A stretch of DNA of 24,623 nucleotides from an archaeon (GCA_041677685.1 JBAYPN010000011.1:1-24623), one strand, 5' to 3'; counted from the stretch's first letter, positions 14,630 to 23,400 are shown. Numbers and translations are program-made. Notes: generated from the letters alone by a model not told the origin.

Positions 14630-14676
14630 TTTCTCGGCAAGCTACCCCCCTTAGAAATTGACTAGGGTTACAAAGT
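14630..14676 (-). repeat. Right arm of the 47-bp inverted repeat
   Basis: This is the reverse complement of 10755-10801: 30 bp perfect and 44/47 overall. Confidence 0.95.
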
Positions 14677-14835
14677 ATATATATTATTGTGAAGTTAAAT
14701 ATTATTGAGAGTAGATAGAGAGACTTTAACTGATAATTTGACTTCAAATCCCTTTTAGGGAAAGCCTAGAGTTGTTCATTTATAAGTGTAGCTATCTTTA
14801 ACTTTATATTCTTTTTCCCACATATTTATATTATT

Positions 14836-17139
14836 ATGATCAAATCAATTTCTTTACAAAATTGGAAGACCCACCAAAAAACCAAACTCTCCTTCAAGAA
14901 AGGAACTAACATTATTCTTGGAACCATTGGCTCAGGAAAGTCAAGTGTTATTGATGGTATCTGTTATGCTCTTTATGGAAACTTTCCTTCTCTTCAAAAT
15001 AGAAAAGTAATTCTTACAGAAAACATAATGTTTAAACCCGCAAAAATGGAGTCTTCAAAAATAGTTTTAGAACTTAATTTCAACAATAACAACTACACAA
15101 TTGAAAGAGAAATCTACCTAAGCTCAAAAGCAAACTATGCAAAACTTTACCAAGACCAAAAATTAATAGCTGGTCCAAAACAAACAGATGTTAATGAAAA
15201 GGTTTCAGAAATTCTAGGAATTGATTATAATCTGTTTACAAAGATTGTTTATTCAGAACAAAACGAACTAGATTACTTTTTAAAAATACAACCTTCTAAA
15301 AGAAAAGAAAAGTTTGATGAGTTATTTGGAATCATCCACCTAAAAGAAATTAAAGAAGACACAAAGAAACTAGAAAATCTAGTCTCTATTGAGATTGACA
15401 AACAACAATCTCTTTTTAACCAAATAATTTCACAACTAAAAGACATTGACATAAACCTACTAAATTCAAAAAAAGAAGATGCAGAAAAAAACCTAATAAC
15501 AATTTCAAAAGACCTCCAAGATTTTAAGATTAAAAAAGAACAATTAGAAAAAGAAGTTAAGATTCTAAAATCAAAAAAACAAAACTTTGAAAACCTAACC
15601 CTACAACTTAATATCAATAAATCTAAATTACAAGAAATAGACCAAAAAATAAACACTTACTTAGAAAAATACCCTTCCCTTTCTTCTAACTTTCAAGAAC
15701 AATTACGTCTAAAGGAACAACAACTACTAGATAAAGAAAAAGAATTTCTTCTTTTCTCAAACAAAAACAAAGATTTAGAAATTAAAAATAAAGATCTAAA
15801 CAACAAATTATCTTTTTATAAAGAACAACTTCAAGTTAATCAAGATAATGTTACCTCTCTTCTAAAAAAACTAACTCCAACAACCAAATCCTCAGACATT
15901 TTAAAAACAGAACTTGAAAACTTAAACAAAGATCTAGAAACAATTAAGACTACCCAAATTAATCTTAACTCAATAACCCAAGACTTAAACAAAGCAATCT
16001 CAGAACTTAAAAAAGGCTTTGCAAATTGTCCTGTCTGCGATTCAAAACTAAACCCTGAACAAGTTACTCAGAAACTTGAAGAAAAAGAACTAAAGTCCTC
16101 TTTAGTCTTTAAACAATTACAAGACATAAAAGATAATCTTCTTTCTCTAAATAAAAAAAAACAAGAGCTTGAGTCTTTAGACAAACAATTACAAGTTAAT
16201 AACACAATCAACCAAGAGATAAACACTCTTAAAGAAAAGAGTTATAGTTTTGAAGAAAAACTAAAAGACCTAAACACCTTGATTGTTAGTTTAGAAAAAC
16301 CAAAAGACCTTTCCTCTCTAGATAAAGAAATCCAAACCATAAAAGAAGAAATTTTTTCTCTAAAAAGTTATTCTGATTTTTTAAAAAATAAAGAAGAAGT
16401 TACTTTTAAAATAAACAATTTTTCTCAAAGTCTAAAGGACCTTAACTTTAATGAAGACACATACATCTCTTTACTTTCTGAATTTAAAAACACAGAATCA
16501 AAGTTCTTAAACCTTAATGATAAAAAAGAGCTTTTCTCAAACATTCTTTTGGATGTTAATAAAAACATAAACACTTACTTTCTTTTAGATTCTCAAAAAC
16601 AAAAGTTAACTAAAACAATATCTGCCTTAGAACTTAAAAAAACAGATCTTTCCTACTTTTCTAAGTCCTTAGAGGTTAGCCAACATCAACTAAGAAAAGT
16701 CTTGATCGACAACATCAATCAAGCCCTAAACATCATCTGGCCAAAAGTCTATGCTTACAATGATTATAAGTCAGCAAGACTACAAGCAAATAATGACTAT
16801 ATCTTAGAGGTTTTAAGTCTAGAAGGAGAATGGTACAGAGTAGAAGGTATACTTTCAGGTGGAGAAAGGAGTTGTGCTGCTTTATCAATAAGGGTGGCAA
16901 TTGCTTTAGTCTTAACAGAGAAGTTAGGTCTATTAATTCTTGATGAACCCACTCATAATCTTGATGAGAAATCAGTTCAATCTTTAGCCACAATTCTAGA
17001 AAAAGAACTTCCTGACCTTGTAGATCAAGTCTTTATTGTTACTCATGATTCTAAGCTTTTAGAAACAGTAAATTCCTCAAAATTTATAATAAACAGAGAT
17101 AAAGAAAATGATGGCGTTTCTTTAGTTGATGAAAGTTAG
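14836..17139 (+). CDS. rad50: Rad50-type SMC-like ATPase with zinc hook
   Basis: Walker A GTIGSGKSS, a coiled coil of about 550 aa, a central CPVC hook (16027-16038), signature LSGGERS, Walker B LLILDEPT and the His-loop VTHD. Confidence 0.85.
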   Translation: MIKSISLQNWKTHQKTKLSFKKGTNIILGTIGSGKSSVIDGICYALYGNFPSLQNRKVILTENIMFKPAKMESSKIVLELNFNNNNYTIEREIYLSSKANYAKLYQDQKLIAGPKQTDVNEKVSEILGIDYNLFTKIVYSEQNELDYFLKIQPSKRKEKFDELFGIIHLKEIKEDTKKLENLVSIEIDKQQSLFNQIISQLKDIDINLLNSKKEDAEKNLITISKDLQDFKIKKEQLEKEVKILKSKKQNFENLTLQLNINKSKLQEIDQKINTYLEKYPSLSSNFQEQLRLKEQQLLDKEKEFLLFSNKNKDLEIKNKDLNNKLSFYKEQLQVNQDNVTSLLKKLTPTTKSSDILKTELENLNKDLETIKTTQINLNSITQDLNKAISELKKGFANCPVCDSKLNPEQVTQKLEEKELKSSLVFKQLQDIKDNLLSLNKKKQELESLDKQLQVNNTINQEINTLKEKSYSFEEKLKDLNTLIVSLEKPKDLSSLDKEIQTIKEEIFSLKSYSDFLKNKEEVTFKINNFSQSLKDLNFNEDTYISLLSEFKNTESKFLNLNDKKELFSNILLDVNKNINTYFLLDSQKQKLTKTISALELKKTDLSYFSKSLEVSQHQLRKVLIDNINQALNIIWPKVYAYNDYKSARLQANNDYILEVLSLEGEWYRVEGILSGGERSCAALSIRVAIALVLTEKLGLLILDEPTHNLDEKSVQSLATILEKELPDLVDQVFIVTHDSKLLETVNSSKFIINRDKENDGVSLVDES

Positions 17140-17192
17140 TTGTCATTCTCCTTGACAACAAAACCACCTTTCTTGTCATTCTCCTTGACAAC
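17139..17192 (+). repeat. Two copies of the 20-bp palindromic unit ttgtcattctccttgacaac
   Basis: The copies at 17140-17159 and 17173-17192 are identical, and each is TTGTCA-N7-TGACAA. The first forms a 7-bp stem starting in the rad50 stop codon. The second is followed by a T-rich run, so a terminator role is possible. Confidence 0.85.
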
Positions 17193-17555
17193 CCTTTTTT
17201 AAATATTTTTTCTTTATTTTTGAAATAGTTCTCAATTCTCAAAAAGTATCATCCATGACACTATTTTTTTAAAAAGTATCAAAAACACCTTCTTTTGACA
17301 CTATTAATAGATAAGTATACATATTAGTTTGTTAATAATTGAACTTAAAACATATTTCTCCACTAAAAATCTATTCAAAGATTTTAATTATTATTTTTCC
17401 TATACTTTCTAAACATACTTTCTAAAACAAAAATTTTAAAGCTCTCAACAAACCTATTTTCTTTTTAAATTTCAACTTAAAACATTTTTTTCAAACAAAA
17501 AATCATTCTTTGCTCTTCTCCTATCTTTTTATTTCTTTCTTTATATATTATATAT

Positions 17556-18812
17556 ATGTCAAATTTCTTGAGTTTAGAGAAAATTAATTATATAAGAAAC
17601 AAGTTTAAAGAATATTACCAACTTTATCCAGCCAAAAATATAATAGAGGTTTCAAAAAGAGAATTTGGAATTGGTGACTTTGGAAAAAAAATTTCAAGAA
17701 GGCATCTTTTCTTTTCAACAGTTGAGGATTTTAATTCTTATCTACAAACAAGCACCCCCTTCTTTGTCTCTTACTCCGTAGGCTATTACACCTACCCAGA
17801 CAGAAGACCAATGGAGAAAAAAGAATGGTATGGTGCAGATATTGTCTACGAATTTGATTCTGATGACTTTGACCTACCTTGCCACCACAGACACAATGTA
17901 TGGCTCTGCAAAAACAAAGAATGTAACGACTGGGGTTATGGAAACCCAAGCTTTTGTGAAAAATGTAAAAGCCAAGTCCAAATTATAGAATGGACCTGTG
18001 ATGAATGCTTAGATAAAGCAAAAGAACAAACAATTAAATTAATTTTATTTTTAGAAAAAGAATTCAAATTAGATCCAAGCACCTTTATTATAAGCTTTTC
18101 TGGCTCTAAAGGTTACCATGTAAGAATAACAGACAGATCTATTTTAAATTTATCTAAGTCTTCAAGATTACAATTAATGAATTATATTTTAGGTATTAAT
18201 TTAAATTTAGAACAATTAGGCTTTGTTAATCTCAAAAAGGTCTACCATATCCCAGATCCAAAAACAGCAATGGGTTGGTCTAAAAAGATTCTTGACTTTA
18301 TAATTAACACAATTGAGAATAGTTCTAGCCAGGAGCTAAGTAAGTTGTTAGATATAACTTATAGAAAAGCAAAGACTTTAAAAGAAAATAAAGAAGTTAT
18401 TATAAAGAAAATGTATCATAATAATATATTTAGTAATGATTTTAAATTATCAGATAAATTTTGGTTAAATTTTATAAATAAAGCAATAGATTCAAAAAGC
18501 CTAAAAATAGACCCTCAATCATCTTCAGACATCTACAAGATTATGAGGGTTCCTGACACAATTCACGGAGGCACAGGTTTTTTATCTACAACAATAAAAG
18601 ATATTGATGCTTTAAAAAAATTTGATGCTTTTTCTGATCCTGTAATTTTTGATTCAGAAAACAAAATTAAAATAAAAATTATAAAACCAACCCCAAAGTT
18701 TAGAATATTTAAAGAGTACTATGGTCCTTATACTTTTAATGATATAGTAGAGGTAAAAGAAGGAATTGCAATATTTTTAGTTTTAAAAGGAGTGGCAGAT
18801 TTTGAGCGATGA
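17556..18812 (+). CDS. priS: DNA primase small (catalytic) subunit PriS
   Basis: The acidic catalytic motif region IVYEFDSDDFD, a Cys/His zinc module (CHHRH..C..C...C..C), SGSKGYHVRI and MRVPDTIHGGTGF are all archaeo-eukaryotic primase hallmarks. Confidence 0.9.
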   Translation: MSNFLSLEKINYIRNKFKEYYQLYPAKNIIEVSKREFGIGDFGKKISRRHLFFSTVEDFNSYLQTSTPFFVSYSVGYYTYPDRRPMEKKEWYGADIVYEFDSDDFDLPCHHRHNVWLCKNKECNDWGYGNPSFCEKCKSQVQIIEWTCDECLDKAKEQTIKLILFLEKEFKLDPSTFIISFSGSKGYHVRITDRSILNLSKSSRLQLMNYILGINLNLEQLGFVNLKKVYHIPDPKTAMGWSKKILDFIINTIENSSSQELSKLLDITYRKAKTLKENKEVIIKKMYHNNIFSNDFKLSDKFWLNFINKAIDSKSLKIDPQSSSDIYKIMRVPDTIHGGTGFLSTTIKDIDALKKFDAFSDPVIFDSENKIKIKIIKPTPKFRIFKEYYGPYTFNDIVEVKEGIAIFLVLKGVADFER

Positions 18813-19365
18813 TTACAAATTAGATTCAGATGAATTAAGAAAGGTCTATAGACTTGAGACAACTTCTCCAAAGCTATCAAAGTTAGATCCAGATTTCTAT
18901 AAGGCTACAAAGAAATTTTTATCCGAAGAAAAGAAAAAATATTCTCAAGCTTTAGAAGATTCTTTCTCTCCCTCTAGCTTAAAGAAGTTAGAGACTATTA
19001 AAAAAATGATTGAGAAGATTAGAGAAATAAGATTAAAAAAATGTATGAATTTATGTTTGATGTATAGTAGAACTAATGCTTTTAAGGAAGAGAGCTTAAT
19101 TGATTTTGAACTTGATTTTGCAAAAGGTATGATTAAGTTAATTGATAAACAAAATGAACAAACAGACAGTATTTTTGGAATTAATAAAAAAGTAAAAGAA
19201 GAACAATTACAGGTTATTAAGATAAAGGTTCTTCAAAAGATCCCAACATTTATAGGTGGGGACATGAAAGAGTATGGTCCTTTTGAAAAGGATGATATTT
19301 GTGAGATTCCTGAAAGTGTGTGTAAGATTTTAGAGGCAAAAAAATTAATAGAAAAAATCGATTAA
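18802..19365 (+). CDS. GINS subunit (Gins51/Gins15-like)
   Basis: TTG start overlaps the priS stop by 11 nt. N-terminus ELRKVYRLETTSPKLSKLDPDFYKATKKFL, then IREIRLKK, and a C-terminal domain YGPFEKDDICEIPESVCKILEAKKLI. Gins15 lies next to priS in other archaea. Confidence 0.65.
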   Translation: MSDDYKLDSDELRKVYRLETTSPKLSKLDPDFYKATKKFLSEEKKKYSQALEDSFSPSSLKKLETIKKMIEKIREIRLKKCMNLCLMYSRTNAFKEESLIDFELDFAKGMIKLIDKQNEQTDSIFGINKKVKEEQLQVIKIKVLQKIPTFIGGDMKEYGPFEKDDICEIPESVCKILEAKKLIEKID

Positions 19366-19482
19366 TTTTTTAGAAAATTGAAATTGAAATTTTAAACAAA
19401 AATTAATAAAACAAAATAAAAAAATTAATAAAAAAACAATTTAAAAAAACATTAATAATTAAAGAGAGGTAAAAGATAATTT

Positions 19483-20241
19483 ATGAATTTTCCTGAATTA
19501 AATGAAATTGTAATTTGTAAAGTTACAAAGATTACAGACTTTGGTGTTTTTGCTAGTCTCCTAGAATATGAAGAACTTGAAGGGTTTATACACATATCTC
19601 AAGTTTCATCTACCTGGATTAAAAACATCCATAATCATGTAAAACCAAACCAAATGAGGGCTGCAAAAGTTCTAAAAGTTGATGTTGACAAAAAGCACAT
19701 TGACCTTTCCTTTAGCAGAATTAATGATCAAGAAGAAAAAAGAAAAATTTCTGAATATAGATTATTTTTAAGAGCTCAAGGTCTTCTAGCAGTTATTGCA
19801 AAAGAACTAAACATCTCCACAGACACGGCCTGGGATGAAATTGCAGAACCAATCTTACAAAAAGAGTCAACCCTATATGCAGGTTTTGTAAACATTGTAA
19901 AATATAATGATAACAAATATGAGATTTCAGAGAATTATAAAAAACAAGTTTTTGAAATCCTTTCAAAAAATATAACAATTAAAGATAAAGTTCTTTCAGG
20001 AACAATAAAAACCTACTCAACTGATCCAGAAGGTCTTAACTTTACAAAAAACATTTTTATAAAGTTAGAAAAAGATAATCCTCATATTAAGATTTTATAT
20101 CTTGGTCCTGGAAAATACGAAATAAGAGTTACAGGCAAAGACTTTAAGATTGTTGCAAAAGAGTTTGATAAAACTTCTACAGAGTTAAGTAAATCTTTAA
20201 AAAAAAATGCAGTCTTTGAAATTAAGAAAAATGAGGTTTGA
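19483..20241 (+). CDS. eif2a: Translation initiation factor aIF2 alpha subunit
   Basis: N-terminal S1 fold (VICKVTKITDFGVFASLLEYEELEGFIHISQVSSTWIKNI...VLKVDVDKKHIDLSFSR), then helical and alpha-beta domains. GAGGT lies upstream of the ATG. Confidence 0.85.
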   Translation: MNFPELNEIVICKVTKITDFGVFASLLEYEELEGFIHISQVSSTWIKNIHNHVKPNQMRAAKVLKVDVDKKHIDLSFSRINDQEEKRKISEYRLFLRAQGLLAVIAKELNISTDTAWDEIAEPILQKESTLYAGFVNIVKYNDNKYEISENYKKQVFEILSKNITIKDKVLSGTIKTYSTDPEGLNFTKNIFIKLEKDNPHIKILYLGPGKYEIRVTGKDFKIVAKEFDKTSTELSKSLKKNAVFEIKKNEV

Positions 20242-20255
20242 TGGAGGAATAATTG

Positions 20256-21059
20256 ATGGTTACAAATATAGATATTGTTAAAAAATTAAAAAGAAAATTA
20301 AAAGATCCAGTTTTGTTTGTTGGGCTTCCTGGCATTGGTTTAGTTGGAAAAATTGCAATTGATTATCTAGTTAAAGAACTTAATCCAAAACCAAATCTGT
20401 TTGCAAAAATCTATTCAGATACTTTTCCTCCAGCAGTTCATGTAAAAAATTCAATTTTAGAAGCAATAACAGATGACTTTTATTTATATTCTTTAAACCA
20501 AAGGGACTATTTGTTTCTAGTTGGACCAGTTCAACCTCCTCTAGGAAATATTTTAAATAGCTTTCAGCATTATGAATTTTCTGAAAAGATTGCAGAATTT
20601 GCAAAGAAATTAAATATAAAGGAAATATATACTTTTGCAGGTTTAAATGTTGGAGATAGAAGAATTGTTGAAGCTCCAAAGGTTTATGCAGTCTGTAGTG
20701 ATGAAAAAATAAAAAACTCTCTAACTACTAAAAGAATTAAAGACTTAATTTTTGAAAAGAATAACAAAGACACTTTAATTTCTGGAGTCTCTGGTCTGTT
20801 ACCAGGAATAAGTTACTATAAATATAATATTTCAGGTGTTTGCATTATGGGAGAAACAAATGGTAGATTAACTTTTGGAGATCATGGCTCTGCAAAAAAG
20901 ACCTTAGAAATTATAAGTAAGTTATTCCCTCAACTAAAGTTTGATCTGAAAAAAATAAATGAAGATGCAAAAAAGATTGAACAATCCTTTAACTTAATCT
21001 CAAAAAAGATTGATAGTATCTCAAAGAAAGAAGATTCTCCAAGTAACTATATAAGATAA
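20256..21059 (+). CDS. PAC2-family proteasome-assembly-chaperone-like protein
   Basis: LFVGLPGIGLVGKIAIDYLVKEL is the typical PAC2 N-terminus. GGAGG sits 8 nt before ATG 20256; the track start at 20253 is the adjacent TTG. Confidence 0.7.
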   Translation: MVTNIDIVKKLKRKLKDPVLFVGLPGIGLVGKIAIDYLVKELNPKPNLFAKIYSDTFPPAVHVKNSILEAITDDFYLYSLNQRDYLFLVGPVQPPLGNILNSFQHYEFSEKIAEFAKKLNIKEIYTFAGLNVGDRRIVEAPKVYAVCSDEKIKNSLTTKRIKDLIFEKNNKDTLISGVSGLLPGISYYKYNISGVCIMGETNGRLTFGDHGSAKKTLEIISKLFPQLKFDLKKINEDAKKIEQSFNLISKKIDSISKKEDSPSNYIR

Positions 21060-21061
21060 TT

Positions 21062-21832
21062 ATGCCTCTTAAAATATTTTCAAAAGTTTTTAAGAAAAAA
21101 CCAAAACAAAAAAAGAACATATCTAGTAGTAAATCAAAAATCTTTTTACCTGAAGAAATAAAAACAATACGATTTTCTAAAGTTAATGGCAAAAACGTTG
21201 AAATTGGAAAAGGTTTGTTTGGTAAAATTTATATAGGGTCTATGACTTTGCCAGATGGTAAAAGAAAAAAAGTTGCAATTAAATGTTACCACCAAAATTA
21301 TAAAATAACTGATTATGATATAAAAAAATACCAAGAAGTAATTAATAAAGTTGGAGTGTTAAAATTAGAATCAGGAGAAACTATTTTTCCAAAAATGTTT
21401 ATGACAAAAATGGAAATTGATGGTAAGAAAGAATGGGTTCAAATTTCTCAATTGTTTGGAAGTGTTAAAAAAGGTTCAAAATTCTTACCAAACAATAAAT
21501 TTAATAAATTTAATTTAAAAAATATCTCTGATTATATAGAAATAGAGATGAAATTATTTGAAAAAGGAATAAATAACTCCATTGATAAACTTGCTTATTT
21601 TAAAAACAATAATTATCTTGTGGTGTTGGACATTGACTTTATGCATTTTTCAAATTCAAGAAAAGAAAATGCTGTATTTTTTTTTAAAAATATTGAATTT
21701 TTATCAAAAAATATAAATGTAGATAATAAATACGACTATCTTAAACAACATTATAAATATTCTCGTAAATTTCTAAGCCCAAAAAACAGAAGATATTTAG
21801 ATAAGCATAAAGACAATCCTTTTAAAAAATAA
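21062..21832 (+). CDS. Minimal protein-kinase-like protein (atypical; no HRD or APE motifs)
   Basis: Gly-rich loop IGKGLFGKIY, then KKVAIKCY (VAIK lysine), an acidic helix KKYQEVI, and a late VVLDIDF (DFG-like Asp). A basic N-terminal tail. Starts 2 nt after the PAC2 stop. Confidence 0.5.
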   Translation: MPLKIFSKVFKKKPKQKKNISSSKSKIFLPEEIKTIRFSKVNGKNVEIGKGLFGKIYIGSMTLPDGKRKKVAIKCYHQNYKITDYDIKKYQEVINKVGVLKLESGETIFPKMFMTKMEIDGKKEWVQISQLFGSVKKGSKFLPNNKFNKFNLKNISDYIEIEMKLFEKGINNSIDKLAYFKNNNYLVVLDIDFMHFSNSRKENAVFFFKNIEFLSKNINVDNKYDYLKQHYKYSRKFLSPKNRRYLDKHKDNPFKK

Positions 21833-21849
21833 TTTACTTAACTTATATT

Positions 21850-23400
21850 ATGGACCAAGAAGATAACAACATCGGAATTGTAGTTTCTACCTTAGATTCT
21901 CCATCTACTTCAAAGATCAATTTTGTATGTGTTAATAAGTTAGTGCACAAAGGACAGTATGTTCAAATTAATTATTCTCAAGGGCACTTAATTGGTCTAG
22001 TTACAGATGTTATAAAAACAAATAGATACTTTGAAAACAACGAGTCTGTTAAAGAATTTGAAAACTCAAATGTAAATATCTCTGAACAATTTCCAACAAC
22101 AGAGTGGGAATTTCTACAAGCTGTTGTAAAACCTTTAGGTGTCTTAAACCAAGAAGGTTTTTTCACAAGAGCAACACTTCCAATCTCTCCAGGTTCAAAA
22201 GTCTTAATTGCAGATAAAGAGGTTTTAGCAAAATTTTTACATTTAAAAGAAAATGGTCTATTTTTAGGAAATATTACCCACCCAGACCTAGAGGTGAAGT
22301 TTGATCTTAACAGACTACTTCAAAAACATTTAGCAATTTTAGCTCAATCAGGGGCTGGTAAGAGTTATTTGACTTCTGTGATGTTAGAAGAAATATTAGA
22401 CAGAACAACCAATCAAGGAAGAATTGCAACAGTACTTTTTGATACCCACGGGGAATATTCAAATTTCTCAATTCCAGTAAATGATGGTATTCACAAAGAC
22501 TATTCTTCCAAATCAATTAGAATTAATTCCTTTGATATAAAGATAGGCTGCACAGGTCTAAGACCAGGCTTTCTTTTTTCTTTACTTCCAAATCTTTCTG
22601 TTGCTCAAAAAAGAGAACTTGTAAATGTTATTAAAAAGCTAGATGAAGACAAAAAGCATGGTGCAGGTCCCTATGATCTAAAAGACATGATTAAAGAAAT
22701 TGAAGTTCAAGAAAATTCTAGAGAAAATGTAACTAAACCCTTAATTGCTGCTCTATATGAACTTGACTCTTATAAGTTGTTTGGGAAAACAGACAAACCA
22801 TCTATTCTAGATGTAGTAAAGTCAGGAAAATTAACAATCATAGATCTAGCAAAAGAAATTAATCTTAGAAAAAAACAAATTATTCTTTACTATTTTGCAC
22901 ATAAATTATTTTACTCGAGAGCAAATTCCGAAAATACAATTCCTCCCTTTTTGTTTGTGGTAGAAGAAGCACATCAGTTTGCTCCAGAAACTGCAACTAA
23001 AGAAAATGCTTTAGCAAAAAATATTTTAGAAACAATTGCAAGGGAAGGTAGAAAGTTTGGTGCTTGTGTTTGCTTAATCTCTCAAAGACCTGTAAAGTTA
23101 TCTTCAACTATTCTTTCTCAAGCAAATACCCACATAATCTTAAGGGTTACAAACCCATATGACCTAAAGCATATTGGAGAATCAAGTGAAGGCTTAGATC
23201 AAAAATCAATAGAGATGATAACAAGTCTAAGAGTAGGTGAAGCATTAGTTGTTGGAGAAGCAAGTAACTACCCTGTATTTTTTAAGGTTAGAAAGAAAAA
23301 CTCTGCAGACTCTCATCTAGATGTTACTTTAACAGGTCTTGCAAAGACTTTTGAGGATAGAGAAAAAGATCAAGATAAAGATGTTGACTCTTTCATTTAG
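21850..23400 (+). CDS. herA: HerA-like (DUF87) hexameric ATPase/helicase
   Basis: N-terminal HAS-barrel-like segment (IGIVVS...GQYVQI...GLVTDV), Walker A ILAQSGAGKSYL, Walker B FLFVVEEAHQFAP and arginine-finger region REGRKFGACVCLISQRP. Confidence 0.85.
   Translation: MDQEDNNIGIVVSTLDSPSTSKINFVCVNKLVHKGQYVQINYSQGHLIGLVTDVIKTNRYFENNESVKEFENSNVNISEQFPTTEWEFLQAVVKPLGVLNQEGFFTRATLPISPGSKVLIADKEVLAKFLHLKENGLFLGNITHPDLEVKFDLNRLLQKHLAILAQSGAGKSYLTSVMLEEILDRTTNQGRIATVLFDTHGEYSNFSIPVNDGIHKDYSSKSIRINSFDIKIGCTGLRPGFLFSLLPNLSVAQKRELVNVIKKLDEDKKHGAGPYDLKDMIKEIEVQENSRENVTKPLIAALYELDSYKLFGKTDKPSILDVVKSGKLTIIDLAKEINLRKKQIILYYFAHKLFYSRANSENTIPPFLFVVEEAHQFAPETATKENALAKNILETIAREGRKFGACVCLISQRPVKLSSTILSQANTHIILRVTNPYDLKHIGESSEGLDQKSIEMITSLRVGEALVVGEASNYPVFFKVRKKNSADSHLDVTLTGLAKTFEDREKDQDKDVDSFI

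Noticed and set aside
14836-17139. A classical SMC condensin-type protein instead of Rad50.
   Set aside because: The coiled-coil apex carries a CPVC zinc hook rather than a globular hinge domain of about 150 aa, and the overall length is well below that of SMC proteins.
17139-17192. A possible mini-CRISPR array formed by the two identical 20-bp palindromic repeats.
   Set aside because: There are only two copies, the repeat is too short, the spacer is 13 bp, and no cas genes or further repeats are present.
17556-18812. The 418-aa primase as a PriS-PriL fusion of the kind reported in Nanoarchaeum.
   Set aside because: The extra length sits in the zinc module and in the helical insertion between SGSKGYH and RVPDTIHGGTG, as in other long PriS proteins. 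I see no Fe-S-type four-Cys cluster or PriL-like C-terminal domain.
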